From contig MEDY01000041.1 in NCBI GenBank assembly GCA_001724265.1, positions 1 through 64,000 on the forward strand: DNA of 64,000 nt. Direction: 5' to 3'. Below, in pieces: positions 11,059-22,900 of this stretch. The position numbers were made by a program, and so were the translations under genes. Source of the DNA: Rhizaria sp. SCN 62-66 (Eukaryota). The notes under the pieces were generated by a model. The model saw nothing but the letters and a program-made list of their open reading frames with translations, was not told where the DNA came from and searched no databases. Positions within the stretch are counted from its first letter, which is position 1. The number at the start of each line of letters is the position of its first letter.

Positions 11059-12990
11059 TCACCAGAACCACCAACCGCGACCGCCCGTGTTGCTATTCGC
11101 CGCAGGCGCAGCAGGAGTCGCAGGCGGAGTCGAGTTACCGGTGCTGTAGTGGATGCCGTCATTCATGAGCGTGCCACTCCGGGTGTTGGCCGAGTTATCG
11201 AGCGTAGGCGGGCTAGAGCTGCTGTAGTTAAACGCGCTCTTGTCGCTAATCCCACTGTCATAGTGACCAGAGCCAAAGTTCGCGCCCGCACCGGTGCCAG
11301 CACTCATGTTGAAGCTGTTGCCGTTGTTGTAGTTGTACGTATCACCACCGCCGCTGCTGCTGCTGTTGCTGCCGCTGCCCGAGTCGCTGTAGCCGAACTG
11401 CGGCCAGCCTTTCTGCTGCTCCTGCGCGCGGATCCGCTCCTGCTGCTCCTGCTGCACGAGGCGCCGCGCGAGCATGTGCTGCTCCTGCTGCTGCAGCTGC
11501 TGCGTCACCGTAGCGTGCTCCTGGCGCGCCACGGTGGCCTCAAAGCGCCGCTGCGCCTCGCGCCGCTGCTGCTCCTGCTGTTGCTTCGTCAGCACGCGTG
11601 CCTCGGCCGTGCCGGGCCGCTCCTGCTGCCGCTGCATCGCGCCCCAGTGCTCCTCCAGCAGGTCCTCCTGCGCGCGGTCGCCGTCCTCGCCCGCGCCGCT
11701 CTCGCCGCCGGTGCCGCCCAAGTACTGCTGCGACAGCGCCAGCACGTTCTCCTTAAGCTCCTTCTTGCGCCGCTCCTCCTCGTCGGCGCGCTGGCGCTCG
11801 CGCGCGATGGCCTTGGGCTCGGCGCGCCCGCGCACCCAGGGCTGCGCCGCCTCGATGAAGGCACGATGCCGCGCGGGTGGCGTCCGCGTAAAGTCGTACG
11901 GCGGCACGTCCGCCGTGCAGACAGCCTCCCAGTACGGATCGAATGTCGTGACTGCGCGCGCGCGCGTATGCAGAGGGGAACGTCATGATTCACGTGGTGA
12001 TGGAAAGTTATCAAGTGTGACAAAGTGAGAGAAATGATATTTTGTGATTTTTGAATAATTTTCGTGAAACTACATATATTATAAGAAAAAAGAGACAATA
12101 CATGTCATAGTAAATGACTTTTGCGAGATAGGTTTGTTTCATGAATATATTGAGGGAGACGTACAGTGCGCAATGCCTTCACGAGGATCTTTGGGGTACA
12201 CGACGGTCATGTTGCGTTCCTCAGGAGTCATCTTTTCGCCGTACTCCTCCGTCAGAGCGCGCATTTCACGCCAAATACGGAAGTAATCGACGCCGTTGTA
12301 GCACTGTTGTGGTTTCACAGCGTAGGAGTAAGTAACAACACACAAAACATAACGAAGTAAGTTTAGTATTTCTGTGCTTTTTAGTCCACGCAGGTCATAT
12401 TTCGGAAAATGAAAGTATATCAGAATGAAAACCATAAATTATCACGATAAACAGCTAATTTTAGTTGAAAGAGAGCACATGTACTCAAGAACAGGCATAA
12501 TAATAAAGTTATCTTCGAGTGTTTTCTTGTCGTGAATGTAGAGTTAACATGAAGTCGAGCGACGTACGTGGTAGGCAATGTCACCCAGAGGTGTGCGCTT
12601 GTCAAGCTGCAGCGCCTCAAAGCTCGCCTGCGCCATGTAGTCGCGCGGCGAGTGCTCGAAATAGCTCCCGATCGCGAAGCCGAACGCGGAGCCGACGCCG
12701 ATCCCCATGAGTGTGCGCAGCACGTGCGCGCGCGTCGACGGCAGTGTGCCCGCAAACAGCATGCGGTCCGACACAAACGCGACCGCGGCGGAGCCCAGGA
12801 ACTGCAGCGCGCGCGTGCCATTGTTCGTGTACCGCTCGGTTTGGTAGTGCGTTTTGATCCAGGGGTGGTCGAGCGAGCGGTACACGCAGGTGTAGTAGAG
12901 GTACGAGGAAATGATCTCAGGGTCCTTAGAGTACTTGAAGCGGCCCTTCAAAAACTCGCGGCCGCGCGTGTTCGAGGCCGTATGAGACAT
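11059..12990 (-). CDS. Hypothetical membrane protein, 3 exons (12990-12568, 12303-12165, 11951-11059), with two hydrophobic segments then a Gln-rich coiled coil
   Basis: GTACGT donors and CAG acceptors give a continuous frame (..AYH|CYNG..AH F|TTFDPYW..). Ends GRGWWFW-TGA. Confidence 0.7.
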
Positions 12991-13191
12991 GAAAGAGAGC
13001 GGGGTAGCGTAAAAACGCTAAGTAGGGCCGAGGCAGAGAGAGAAATCACGGAGGGAAAGAACGAAAACTGCGGAGCGAAGCGCGTTGAATAGAGAGAGAT
13101 GTGTGAGTCACAAGCGTTCTTATTGAGAAGTATTAAAAAGAGAAAATATTATAAAGTAGTAATTATATTTGAAAAGCTTGCTGACAGTCTA

Positions 13192-13203
13192 TTTGACGGT
13201 CAC
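13192..13203. promoter_or_regulatory. Candidate promoter element TTTGACGGTCAC (copy 1)
   Basis: An identical 12-mer occurs at 16979-16990. Both copies lie about 200-220 bp upstream of a minus-strand ATG. Confidence 0.35.
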
Positions 13204-13531
13204 TGAATTTACCAGTGCACATTTCAATCCTGCCGGACTTCACGCTTCGCCTCCGCACAGCGTACAACGAAGCCGCCATCACGATAAGAACCACTTTCAA
13301 GATTATATCTCTTTATGTTCAAATCCAATGAAGTTGAAATTGGGGAAAATAGAATAATTTAACACGTTGGATAGTATAAACAAGTTGTTATTTATTGTGT
13401 CACAATATGTACGCCTCTAAACTCAGACACAAATCACTGGCCCTCTCTACACACACCATGCGTCGTCACATGAAGCACTCAGGCATCACACGCACACGGC
13501 TCAATTAGAGCACATCGCGCCGCGACAGCCT

Positions 13532-15030
13532 TCAATTGTTGCCAAAGAAGCCGCCGCTGGCCTGCGGCTGCGCGGGAGCGGCGCTGAAGAAGCCTCCCGA
13601 CGCGGCGGGCGGAGCCGCAGTCGCCGCCGCACCGCCGCTTCCGCTTCCGCTGCTCGCGGCGGGGCGGCCCCAGTCCCCGCGGTCTCGGTCGCGGTCGCCG
13701 CGGTCCCGGCGCTCGCGCTCACGGTCGCGCTCACGGTCGCGGTCGTACCGCTCACGGTCATAGCGCTCACGGTCACGGTCGCGGTCGCCGCGGTCGCGGT
13801 CACTACGATCGCCGCTGACAGGGGCGGAGCTAGAGCTCGCGCTAGCGCCGGCAGCAGCATCGGCGACAGCAGGAGCACTGCTGCTGCTGCTGCTGGTGGT
13901 GGCAGTGTAGCGATCTTTGTCAAACTCGCGGTCGCGTTCGCGGTCGCGGTCGTAGTCGGGCCCGCGGTAGCGCTCGCGCTCGCGCTCACGGTCACGCTCG
14001 CTGCGCTGCTCGCGGTCACGGTCGCGGTCGCGGGGGAGGGACGGCGAGCGTGAGCGTGAGCGAGAGCGGGGACTGAGGCTGCGGCTGCGGCGACTGTAGC
14101 GGTCACGGTCGCGGTCACTGCGGTCGCGGCCACGGTCACGGCCGAAGTCGCGGTCGCCGCTGCGCCCACGGTCACCGCGGTCGCGGTCACCGACGACTCC
14201 CCAGCCGACATTGGAGCTGGAGCTGCTGCTGCTGCTGGAGCTCGAGCTGGCGCCGTGGCGGCCGCGGCGGAGCTTGTCAAGCTCCTGCCTCAGCCAGCGC
14301 GGGACGGCGCGGAAGTGGACGTAGTTGCAGACGCCGCCCATGGCGCAGCCGGAGCGCGACTCGTAGTCGCGGCAGGCGGCGTCGCGGAAGTTGGCCACGG
14401 GGGAGAACTCAGGCGCGAGAGAGATGCCCGCGAAGTAGCGGCCCGCCAGGCCGGCAGCCGCGGCGGCGGCGTCCTGGTCAGAGGCAAACTGGACAAGGGG
14501 GAGGAGATTGAGAAAGCGTGAAGAAAAAGGAGGACGAAGGGGAATAACACATGGAGTGAAAAGTTAGTGAGGCGAGGACGCAAGAAGAGTGTTTCAGAGA
14601 AGCCAGAAACAATTTGAGCACATTAAAAAGCTATCCAAAAGATAGATAAGAGTCGTTGCAGTCAAATCACATGCTGCATTTAAGAAACAGAGATAAGATA
14701 ATTAACAAAGAAGCTCGAAAGGAGAGGGAAACAAGGAGTGTTCTTCTAACGTACGCGAACGGCAACATTGCCCTTCATATGCTCTCCCAGGTTTTCGAAA
14801 ACGGCAATGTCTTCGACGGGGCCGTAGCGGGCAAGACCTCGCGCCATGTCTTCGAGGAAGTGCTCAAAGTAGGCCGAGTCGTCAGCCGTGTGAGCCGGCG
14901 GGATGTAGACGTGCGGGATGGTGAGCGTGGTCGAAGTGGTCGGCTTGACGTGCTTGCGGGAGCACCGATCACCGTGACGACAGCATCCTGTCTTCATGTA
15001 AAAAACACAAAAAGCAGAGTTACTGTCCAT
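13532..15030 (-). CDS. U2AF1: Splicing factor U2AF small subunit (U2AF35), 2 exons, intron 14489-14754
   Basis: CCCH finger CVFYMKTGCCRHGDRCSRKH, UHM segment ENLGEHMKGNVAVR|F..GRYFAG, EFSPVANFRDAAC, second finger CAMGGVCNYVH, then an RS/RD tail. Confidence 0.93.
13680..14190 (-). repeat. Coding (RD)n/(RS)n dipeptide repeats in the U2AF1 tail
   Basis: Tandem hexamer-like CGCGAC/CGTGAC repeats (cggtcg/cggtca on the + strand). Confidence 0.8.
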
Positions 15031-15704
15031 CTTTTCGGTTTTATATGCTCAGAGTTCGCCGACGGTCGAACAGGAGCACAGCGAGACTGATCTTTGCGAC
15101 CGTTTTCTGACGACACCGACCCAATGCGGCTCGGGCAACAGCCAATCAAAGTAAGATTTTTCTGTTGTACATGGATATCTCAATGAAAAAGGCTGTTGTG
15201 AGTGTTAATGCAGTTTTTTATGGTTTTAAATGCACCATTTAGTATTATTCTAAAATATGATATTGAATTGAAAGTTTATGATGCATTTCCAGGCGAATCC
15301 CGTGAAATGGCAAGTGACCATCAACATTGATGTTACTCACATTTTGACCGGATCTTGCAATCTAAATCGCCTAACTTTCAAAAGTCTCTTTGTAATCGAA
15401 CAGTCCCTAAGGGAATATATCTAGTAAGGCAGTATCAAGCATCAATTCCTTAATAAATGCTGTGGTCAGATAGAGCGCTTCACTGTGCCTAACAGAGTAA
15501 CACTTCAAATTGTATTTTAAGCTTAAGCTTTGCATTAACATGCAAAGCTATTCCATAAACTGACCCGAGCGAGTCAACATCCAACAAAAAAAGCGACAAA
15601 CAGTAGTTTTGTCTGACTGGCATCACGCCCTCCGGCACCTCACAGCACACATCACGGCACAGCGTCACGGCACATCATCTGACTCGGACCGACGCTCACA
15701 TCGC

Positions 15705-16761
15705 TCACATGGTAACCTTCTTGGCGACGGGCAGTCCGAACTCGTCCTTGAGCATCTCGATCTGCGCGCTCTCGCTCTGCTGCGTCACGCCGGCCTTCTC
15801 AGTGGCGGCGGTCTTCTTCGCCGTGGCCGCGTTGAGCAGGTAGTTGGGGATCTCGGTCTCGTCGGCCAGCTCGTCGCCCAGCTCGTCGAGCTCGGCCTCG
15901 AGCATCTCGTCGTCGAGCTCGTCGGGCACGGCGTAGGAGCGGCCCATGACTTCCTGCACCTCGTCGTGCATCTCCATCATGTCCATCATGTCGTCCTGCA
16001 GGTCCTCCAGCTCGTCCATGTCGAACTCCTTGAACGTCTTCTTGAGCTCTTTGTTGGCCGTCTTCATGGCCGCCACCGTCGTCGCGGTGTCCTTGAGCGA
16101 CGCCTGGAGAACGAGTCGAATGATGCAGTAACACAACAAAAAGCATAACGAAGATGAGAATGAATCAAAGCCATAGCAAGTATTCACAACCAATACGGTT
16201 ACTCAGCAAAGTTTAATAACTTAACGTTTTTAGTCAAATTAGTCAAAATAAAGATCATTTGAGGATGAAGCAGTCGATAAGTGTAAGTGCGACTGCTGAT
16301 GACGTGCCTGCGCGAACTTGGTCTGGTCGATGTTGAACTGCTGGTTGAACATGCCGTCGCGGTGCTTCTCGTACGTGTGGCGCTGGCGCAGCAGCTGCAC
16401 AGCGCGGCGCTTAATGCTCTCGCGCGCGGGGCCCTTGGTGCGGGCCATCTGCGCCTTGCACTTAAGGATCTCCTGGTCCAGTCTGCGTAAAGGCGAAATG
16501 AAGTTGCAAAAAGAGAGATTTGAAGACGTTGGTGAACTAGAGTCAAGTTGAAATAAGTACTAAAGTAGAAACACACGCTAATCGTAGTGAATGAAATTTA
16601 AAAGATGTTTCGTGAAGATCTGTGATAGGATAATGATAATGAACGTACGCCTGGATCTTGGCCTCCGTCTCGGAGATGCGTCCGCCGATCGAGGCGGAGG
16701 CGTCGTCGAGGGTCGCGGGCGGGCCGGTGTCCTTCTTCTTGCCAAAAAGACGGTTGAGCAT
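15705..16761 (-). CDS. VPS60: ESCRT-III Snf7-family protein Vps60/CHMP5, 3 exons (16761-16649, 16482-16308, 16103-15705)
   Basis: MLNRLFGKKK, KRRAVQLLRQRHTYE, QQFNIDQ..|ASLKDTATTVAAMK, EVQEVMGRSYAVP and C-terminal DEFGLP. Intron 2 has a GC donor. Confidence 0.92.
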
Positions 16762-16978
16762 GAGGTCTACGAGGTTGCAAGGGGACCGGTATGAGATGAA
16801 AGGGGGAAGTGAGAGCGTGATGGAGCGTGGGGCAGAAGGCGGCGAACGAAACCTCTTGTCGACTGACCACTGATCGTTCAGGCGAGATACCGGGGGTGAT
16901 ACGCAGGATTAAGATGATTTTATTAAACGATTGAAAACATGCGCCAAATGATAGTCAAGAAAGCAGGCCGAGCCATGC

Positions 16979-16990
16979 TTTGACGGTCAC
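16979..16990. promoter_or_regulatory. Candidate promoter element TTTGACGGTCAC (copy 2)
   Basis: Identical to 13192-13203; lies in the divergent VPS60/RNMT spacer. Confidence 0.35.
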
Positions 16991-17448
16991 AGAAGAGAGC
17001 TATGCTTGGCTTTCTTTGAGGGTGGGAACGTCGACGCTGGTCGCGCGTGCAATTCACCACAAACGATCTTCCATAACTTTGACCCAGATTATCTCTATCA
17101 CAGACAATATGTAACTAAAAATTAGTTCTAAATTCAAATAAAATGCTAAGACTAGTTTTATAAAACTTAAGTACTATCTCTCCAGAAGTGACATATGCGT
17201 GGATAAGTTGAGAGGCATGATAGGTCAAGTTGACTTCAACTGGCTCGACACAAACGAGAGACGAAAGATGGATGAGAGTCCTTTCTCCTTCGATCTGACT
17301 CGCGTCACACCAACCGTTGCTAGCTTTGTATTGCGCAAATCTGTAACAAAAACTACACTGGACTAGTTATATTTTAAGCGCACTTTGTAAAGCTACCACG
17401 GACAGCGTGTATTCGACGCTTTCCTCCTGCTCTTTTAGAGTCGCCAGC

Positions 17449-19686
17449 ATGTCGCAGCAGCAACGCATTCACGACGACATCTCGGCCATCAGCCAGACGG
17501 GCCGCGGCGGCATCGGCAGCGCGCCCGCACCTGGCGCCGCGGGCGGCCAGCAGCGCCGTCCCGCGCCTGCCTCCTGGGACGAAGACGCCGCGCGCATGCC
17601 GCGCCACAACCCCGCGCACTCGACCGACAGCACCAGCAGCAATAGCAGTAGTGCCAGCGCCGGTGCTGACCCGTTTGCGTCGGTGGGCTCCTTCTCGCAC
17701 GGTAACGCCTTTGGCAGCTCCGCGCCTAGCTACGGCGCACCTAGCGGTGACCGTGAGCGCGAGCGCAACAACTTCGTCCCCATGGACTACACGCAGCTCA
17801 ACAACGAGTCCCGCGGCGGCGGCGGTGGAGGTTACCACAGCAATAACAGCTTTCGCGGCGGACGCGGCGGCTTCAACAACAACCGCGGCGGCGGGGGCGG
17901 TGGCTTCCGCGGTGGCCGTGGCGGTGGCGGCGGCGGCGGTGGTGGTGGCTTCCGAGGCGGTCGTGGCGGCGGCCGCGGCGGTGGCCACGGCGGGGGCAGC
18001 GGCGGCGGTGGTGGTGGTTACTACGGAGGGAACAAGTACGAGCGTCAGTCTGCGGCGGTGAGCAGCGACACGGGCAACAGCGACTACGACGCCGTGGCGG
18101 CCTTTTACAACTCGAACCGGCAGAAGACGACGATCGGTCAGCGCACGCGATCGCCTATCTACCACCTCAAGAACTTGAACAACTGGATCAAGGCCATCCT
18201 CATCGTCGAGTACGCCAACCTCGCCATCCTCTGCACCGCGCCGCGCCCCGCGCTGCCCGCGCCCGGCACGCCGCCCGCCGCGCTGGCCGCCGCCGCGGCC
18301 GCCGCGGCCGCCGCGGGCAACAAGCTGCGCGTGCTGGACCTGTGCGGCGGCAAGGGTGGCGACCTGCGCAAGTTCTGCGATCTCAAGCTACAGCACTTCG
18401 TGCTCGCCGACATCGCCGCAGCCTCGGTTGACAGCGCCGTGGCGCGCATGCGAGACCTGCGCGACAAGAGCCGCATGCCCGAGATCCCCGTGTTGTTCTT
18501 GGCGGGGAACCTCTCGGCCGTGCGCATGCACGAGTTTCTCGCGCCCGCGCTCAGCTACAACCTCGTCTCGTGCCAGTTCGCCTTTCACTACTGCTTCCAG
18601 ACTGAGGCGGCGGCGCGGCGCATGCTTGAGAACGTGTCTGACCGGCTCGAGACGGGCGGCTTCTTTATCGCGACCGTGCCCGACTCGCGTGTCATCGTCC
18701 CGCGTCTGCGCAAGTCCGTTTCGGGCCGCTTCGGCAACCAGTTCTACGAGGTGTGCTTCGACGACACGCGGCCCGAGCGCGCGCACGAGAACCCGCAACG
18801 CGGGCGCACGACCGTGTTCCTGCCCTCGGAGCACTCGCCCGACGCGCCGGGCGGCGAGGACCTGGCTGCCGCGACGGCCGAGGACCGCGCGTACTGGGGA
18901 ACGCGCGACTTCCCCGCCGCGGCGCCCTTCGGCGTGCGCTACTGCTTCACGCTGATGGACGCCGTCGAGTGCACGCCCGAGTACCTGATCCACTTCCCGA
19001 CGCTGTGCGCGCTGGCGGCCGAGTACCACCTGCAGCCAGTGCTGCACGAGAACCTGCAGAGCTTCTTCGCGCGCAAGGTCGGCGCCACAATTGACTCGAC
19101 CGCCGCGCGCACTGAGGGCCGCCGCGCCGAGTCGGGCGTCGAGCTGCTGCGCACCATGGACGTGCTGCCCAGCGACGGCAAGGTCGTCCCCGAGCAGTGG
19201 GAGGCTGCGGGCGTCTACTGCGCCATCGCTTTCCAGAAGACTTCCCCCGAGTCCGCCGCCGCGGCCGCCGCGACTGCTGCGGCGACCGCAACCGCGACTG
19301 GCGTTGCCGCGGCGACGACCGGGGTGACTGGCCGCGTCCGCGCCGTTGCGGCGGGCGCGGCTGAGGAGGCCGCGGCCGTGCAGGAGACCAAGGGCGGGTT
19401 CGTCCCGCGCTCTGCAGACAGGTACCAGTACGTCTTAACTGAAAGCTTAAAGAGAGTGAAAAGCAACATGCAACTTTGAAAGTGTTCAATGTAGACTTTG
19501 TTTTGAATTTTGATGCTGAATTTTATGTTTTGAAGACTCGCTCATGCTTTTCTCTGTTTGTTTTTGCTTTGATTTTGTTTTGCTTTCGATGATAGACCTC
19601 CGCCGCCGGACGCGTCTGCGACTGCGCGGTACACTCTGTGCCCGATCAACCAGGCCACTGTGATCAACCTCAAGAACACACAGTGA
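17449..19686 (+). CDS. RNMT: mRNA cap guanine-N7 methyltransferase (Abd1/RNMT) with an N-terminal RGG region; last intron 19422 or 19428 to 19595
   Basis: VAAFYN, RTRSPIYHLKNLNNWIKA, VLDLCGGKGGDLRK, LVSCQFAFHYCF, GGFFIATVPD, FGVRYCFTL, PEYLIHF and YCAIAFQK. The final exon 19596-19686 stays in frame to TGA. Confidence 0.93.
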
Positions 19687-19915
19687 GCAACGTACAGTGA
19701 TTGGGGTAGACAACCAATGAAGACTAAACGCATGTGCATCAGTGATGATGAAGCATCACACCATGATTGAGAGAATGAACCATCTTTGTTTATGGCCAGA
19801 ATAAGAGCAATACACTTTAATTTATTGACGAACGCTAATTTTATTGCAGTTGGTCATCGAGTTGAAACATAACTAAAATGAACACTCCATTGTGCTGGGA
19901 CGTTGGTTATTGGCT

Positions 19916-22900
19916 TTACGCAAGCTTAGAGCGCTTCAAATCGTGCTTCGCAACCTGTGCGTCCACACTCTCCACACCGTCGTCCTCATCGTCGTCGTCA
20001 GCGTTTTTGGTGTTAGTATTGTTGCGCCGGCTGTTGAAGCTACTGTTGCTGCCACTATGACTGCAAACCTCCTAATCGTCGTCGTCGCCCGCGGCGCCGT
20101 CGACCGGCCTCCCGTTACGGAATTCGTCCTTGACGATCCCCAGCGCGAGCAGCGAGGGCGTGTTGCGGCCCCTGAACTCGCTGTCGAGCCCGAAGAGGAT
20201 GTCCTCGCGGAGCCGGAACGAGATGCACATCATCTGCTTCAGCGGGGCCACGTTGCGCACGTCGTGCACGTACACGCCGTAGCGCTCCAGGCTCTCGAGC
20301 ATCACCGCGCTGTCGTAGATCGTCGCGACGCCGCCGTTCGCAGCACCGGCACCGGCGGCGGCGTTAGACTTGTTGTCCTTGCCGTTGTTGTTCTGTGCGT
20401 TGGCCTTGTTGCCGCCCTTGGAGCCCGGGACGTCGCGGCGGACCACGTTGCGGTGCGCCGCTTGGTAGAACATCTCCTTGCCCTCCGGCAGCGCCACCTC
20501 ATTCGCGATCTCAGTCGCAGTAGCAGAGGCATCTGCGGCGGCGGCGGTGGCTGCGGCGGCGGCGGCGACGGTGATGGGCGCGGTGGCCTGCGAGAGCGCG
20601 TCGCGCGTGTCGGCGCACACATCGAGCGACCACTGCGACTGGTGGCCCAGCGACTGCGCCTGCGACAGGCACTGGGGCTCAGACTGCACGTCGAGCGGCT
20701 GCTGCAGGTCCAGATGCTGCGACGGCAGGGTCTGTTGCGACGCGAAGGGGAGCACCGAGGACGAAGACGACATGACGCTCGCGATGGTGTTCGCGCGCGA
20801 GATCGTGCTGTTCTTCTTGTTGTTCTTACCGTCCTTGCTATTAACGTTACTTAGAACAGGCGCGTCAACAAGGTACCCATCAGCACGCTCTGGCACGCTG
20901 TCGCCAGTCATGCCGTTGCCGTTGCTGCCGCGGCGGTAAGGCGTGCCGACGGCGTAGCCGAGGTGCTCCTCGCCCATGCGCATGGCGTCGCCGACCCAGT
21001 CGGCCTCACAGCGCGCGAAGCAGTAGCAGTGCACCGTCGGCGCGCGCAGCCCCGCCGCGCGTAGATGCGCCAGAGTCACCGTCAACACTGGCCCAGACTG
21101 GGACTGCGAATCCGAGCCCGAGTCAGACTGAGAGATCGAGAGAGCAGGGGCAGTGAGGGACTCGGAGGCGGCGGTGTTGCTGCTCGAATCATTGTCGTTG
21201 CTGACGTTGGACTGGGGGATAACGATGGGGGCGCTGGTGTCGAGCCTGACGTGCTTGAGCAGAGCGGCCGCGTCCACGGCCACGGTCGCGCCGTAGCCGC
21301 CTGTGGGCGCGTCGCCGGCGCTGCATCCGCTGGGCGCCGCGGTGGCCACGGGGCCGTCCAGCGCGGTGAGGCCGAGCAAGGCTGCCCACTCGGTGTGCAC
21401 GCGGACACGCGGGCCGCTCGCAGCAGCAGCAGCAGCAGCGTCAGTAGCTTTGCCTTCAGTCACAATTGCGTTAGTAGGGACGGAGGAGCCGTAGAGGCGT
21501 GCGCGCGCGGACGCAGCGTCAGTCGCCAGGGTGTCCACACTCGTCACAGCCGAACCAGCAGCGCCGGCAGCGGTCGCCGTGGCGGCGGCGGCCTCGGCGG
21601 CGGCGATGAGAGTCTTATCGGCCGCGACCTGCGACTCAGTTAACGGGACCGGGGCCATGACCCAGGGCGCCAGCGCCGCGGGGACCGTGCTGCCGTAGTG
21701 CTCTGCGTGCGCGGGACCGAAAAACTGCGCGGGCAGCGCGGGGTAGTCGCTCAGCAGCCCCGCGAGACTGCGCGTCGTCGTCATCGCGTTGGTCACCGCA
21801 GCAGCATCAGTCGCGGCCGCAGGGGCGGGCGAGTAGAGTCCGTTGAAGACGTCAAGGAAAGTGACGGCCGAGGCGGGGAGGTTCATGATGACGTGGTCGA
21901 ACCATGGCACGACGCGCGCCTGGGGGCCGCCCGTCGCGGGGTAGGTCTCGGCGGCGGGCGCAGGGCGGCCCGGCGCCGAGGCCAGGGGCAGCGCGCGGGC
22001 CGCAATCGCGGCGCGGGGCGGCAGCGAGAGCAGCCGCTGGAGAGCCTGGAGCAGCTGCTGGCGGGCCGTGGCACGGATCAGCGCGCGCGCGTCGGCGTTG
22101 AGCACCGAGAGCTTCGAAGACGCGCGGTTGCGCAGAGAGTTCCTAAGTGAGGAAAAAAACCAGAGAAACAAACGAAGAGCAATTAAAATTGAGATAAAAT
22201 AGAAAATGAGATTTTGATAAATTTAAATTTGTTATAATTTGAGGAATATGTGCTAGTGAAATGTGATCGTACCTGTAGAGGTAGAGCGCGGACTTGGGGT
22301 TGAGGTCCGAGGCCCAGACCTCGCAGCCGCTCTGCGCAGCTGGGACCGCGAACGGGCCCACGCCCGCGAAGGGATCCAGCACAAATGACACGGGCGCGCG
22401 GCTCGCGTTAAGGGCCGACGCCGACGGGGGCTTGATGGTGACGCCGCCGACCTTCTTGGCGGCAGGCTTCGCTCCCGTCTCGCTCGCAGCCTTCTTTAAG
22501 TCACAGTCGGTGGTACTGTTGCTGGCGGCGCTGCCGTTGCGCTGGCGCTCGCCCTGCGCAGTCATAATCTGGACCACACGTCGGTGCTCCGTCTGCAGCC
22601 GCGAGTTCCAGTACACCTCGCCGAAGTCGAACTCGAACTCGGTCCCGTGCTCGTAGACCACCGTCATCAGCGATCCGTCGTACCCGTATCGGCCCTCGCC
22701 CGCAGCACTCGCTGCAGCAGCACCGGCGGCGTCGGTCACACCGGAGTCGCTGCTGCTGTTGTTGCCATCTGAGGCGACGACGGCGACGATGGAGCCCTTT
22801 GCGTCGCCGGAGCCTTTGAAGTAGTAAAAGTCGCTCTCAGCGTCGCCGCTCTTGCCCGCCGCGCCCGCATGCGACCGGGCACTCTTGGCGGCCAGCACCT

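Noticed and set aside
13680-14190. Periodic repeats resembling a CRISPR or satellite array
   Set aside because: They encode the RD/RS tail of U2AF1 and have no repeat-spacer structure.
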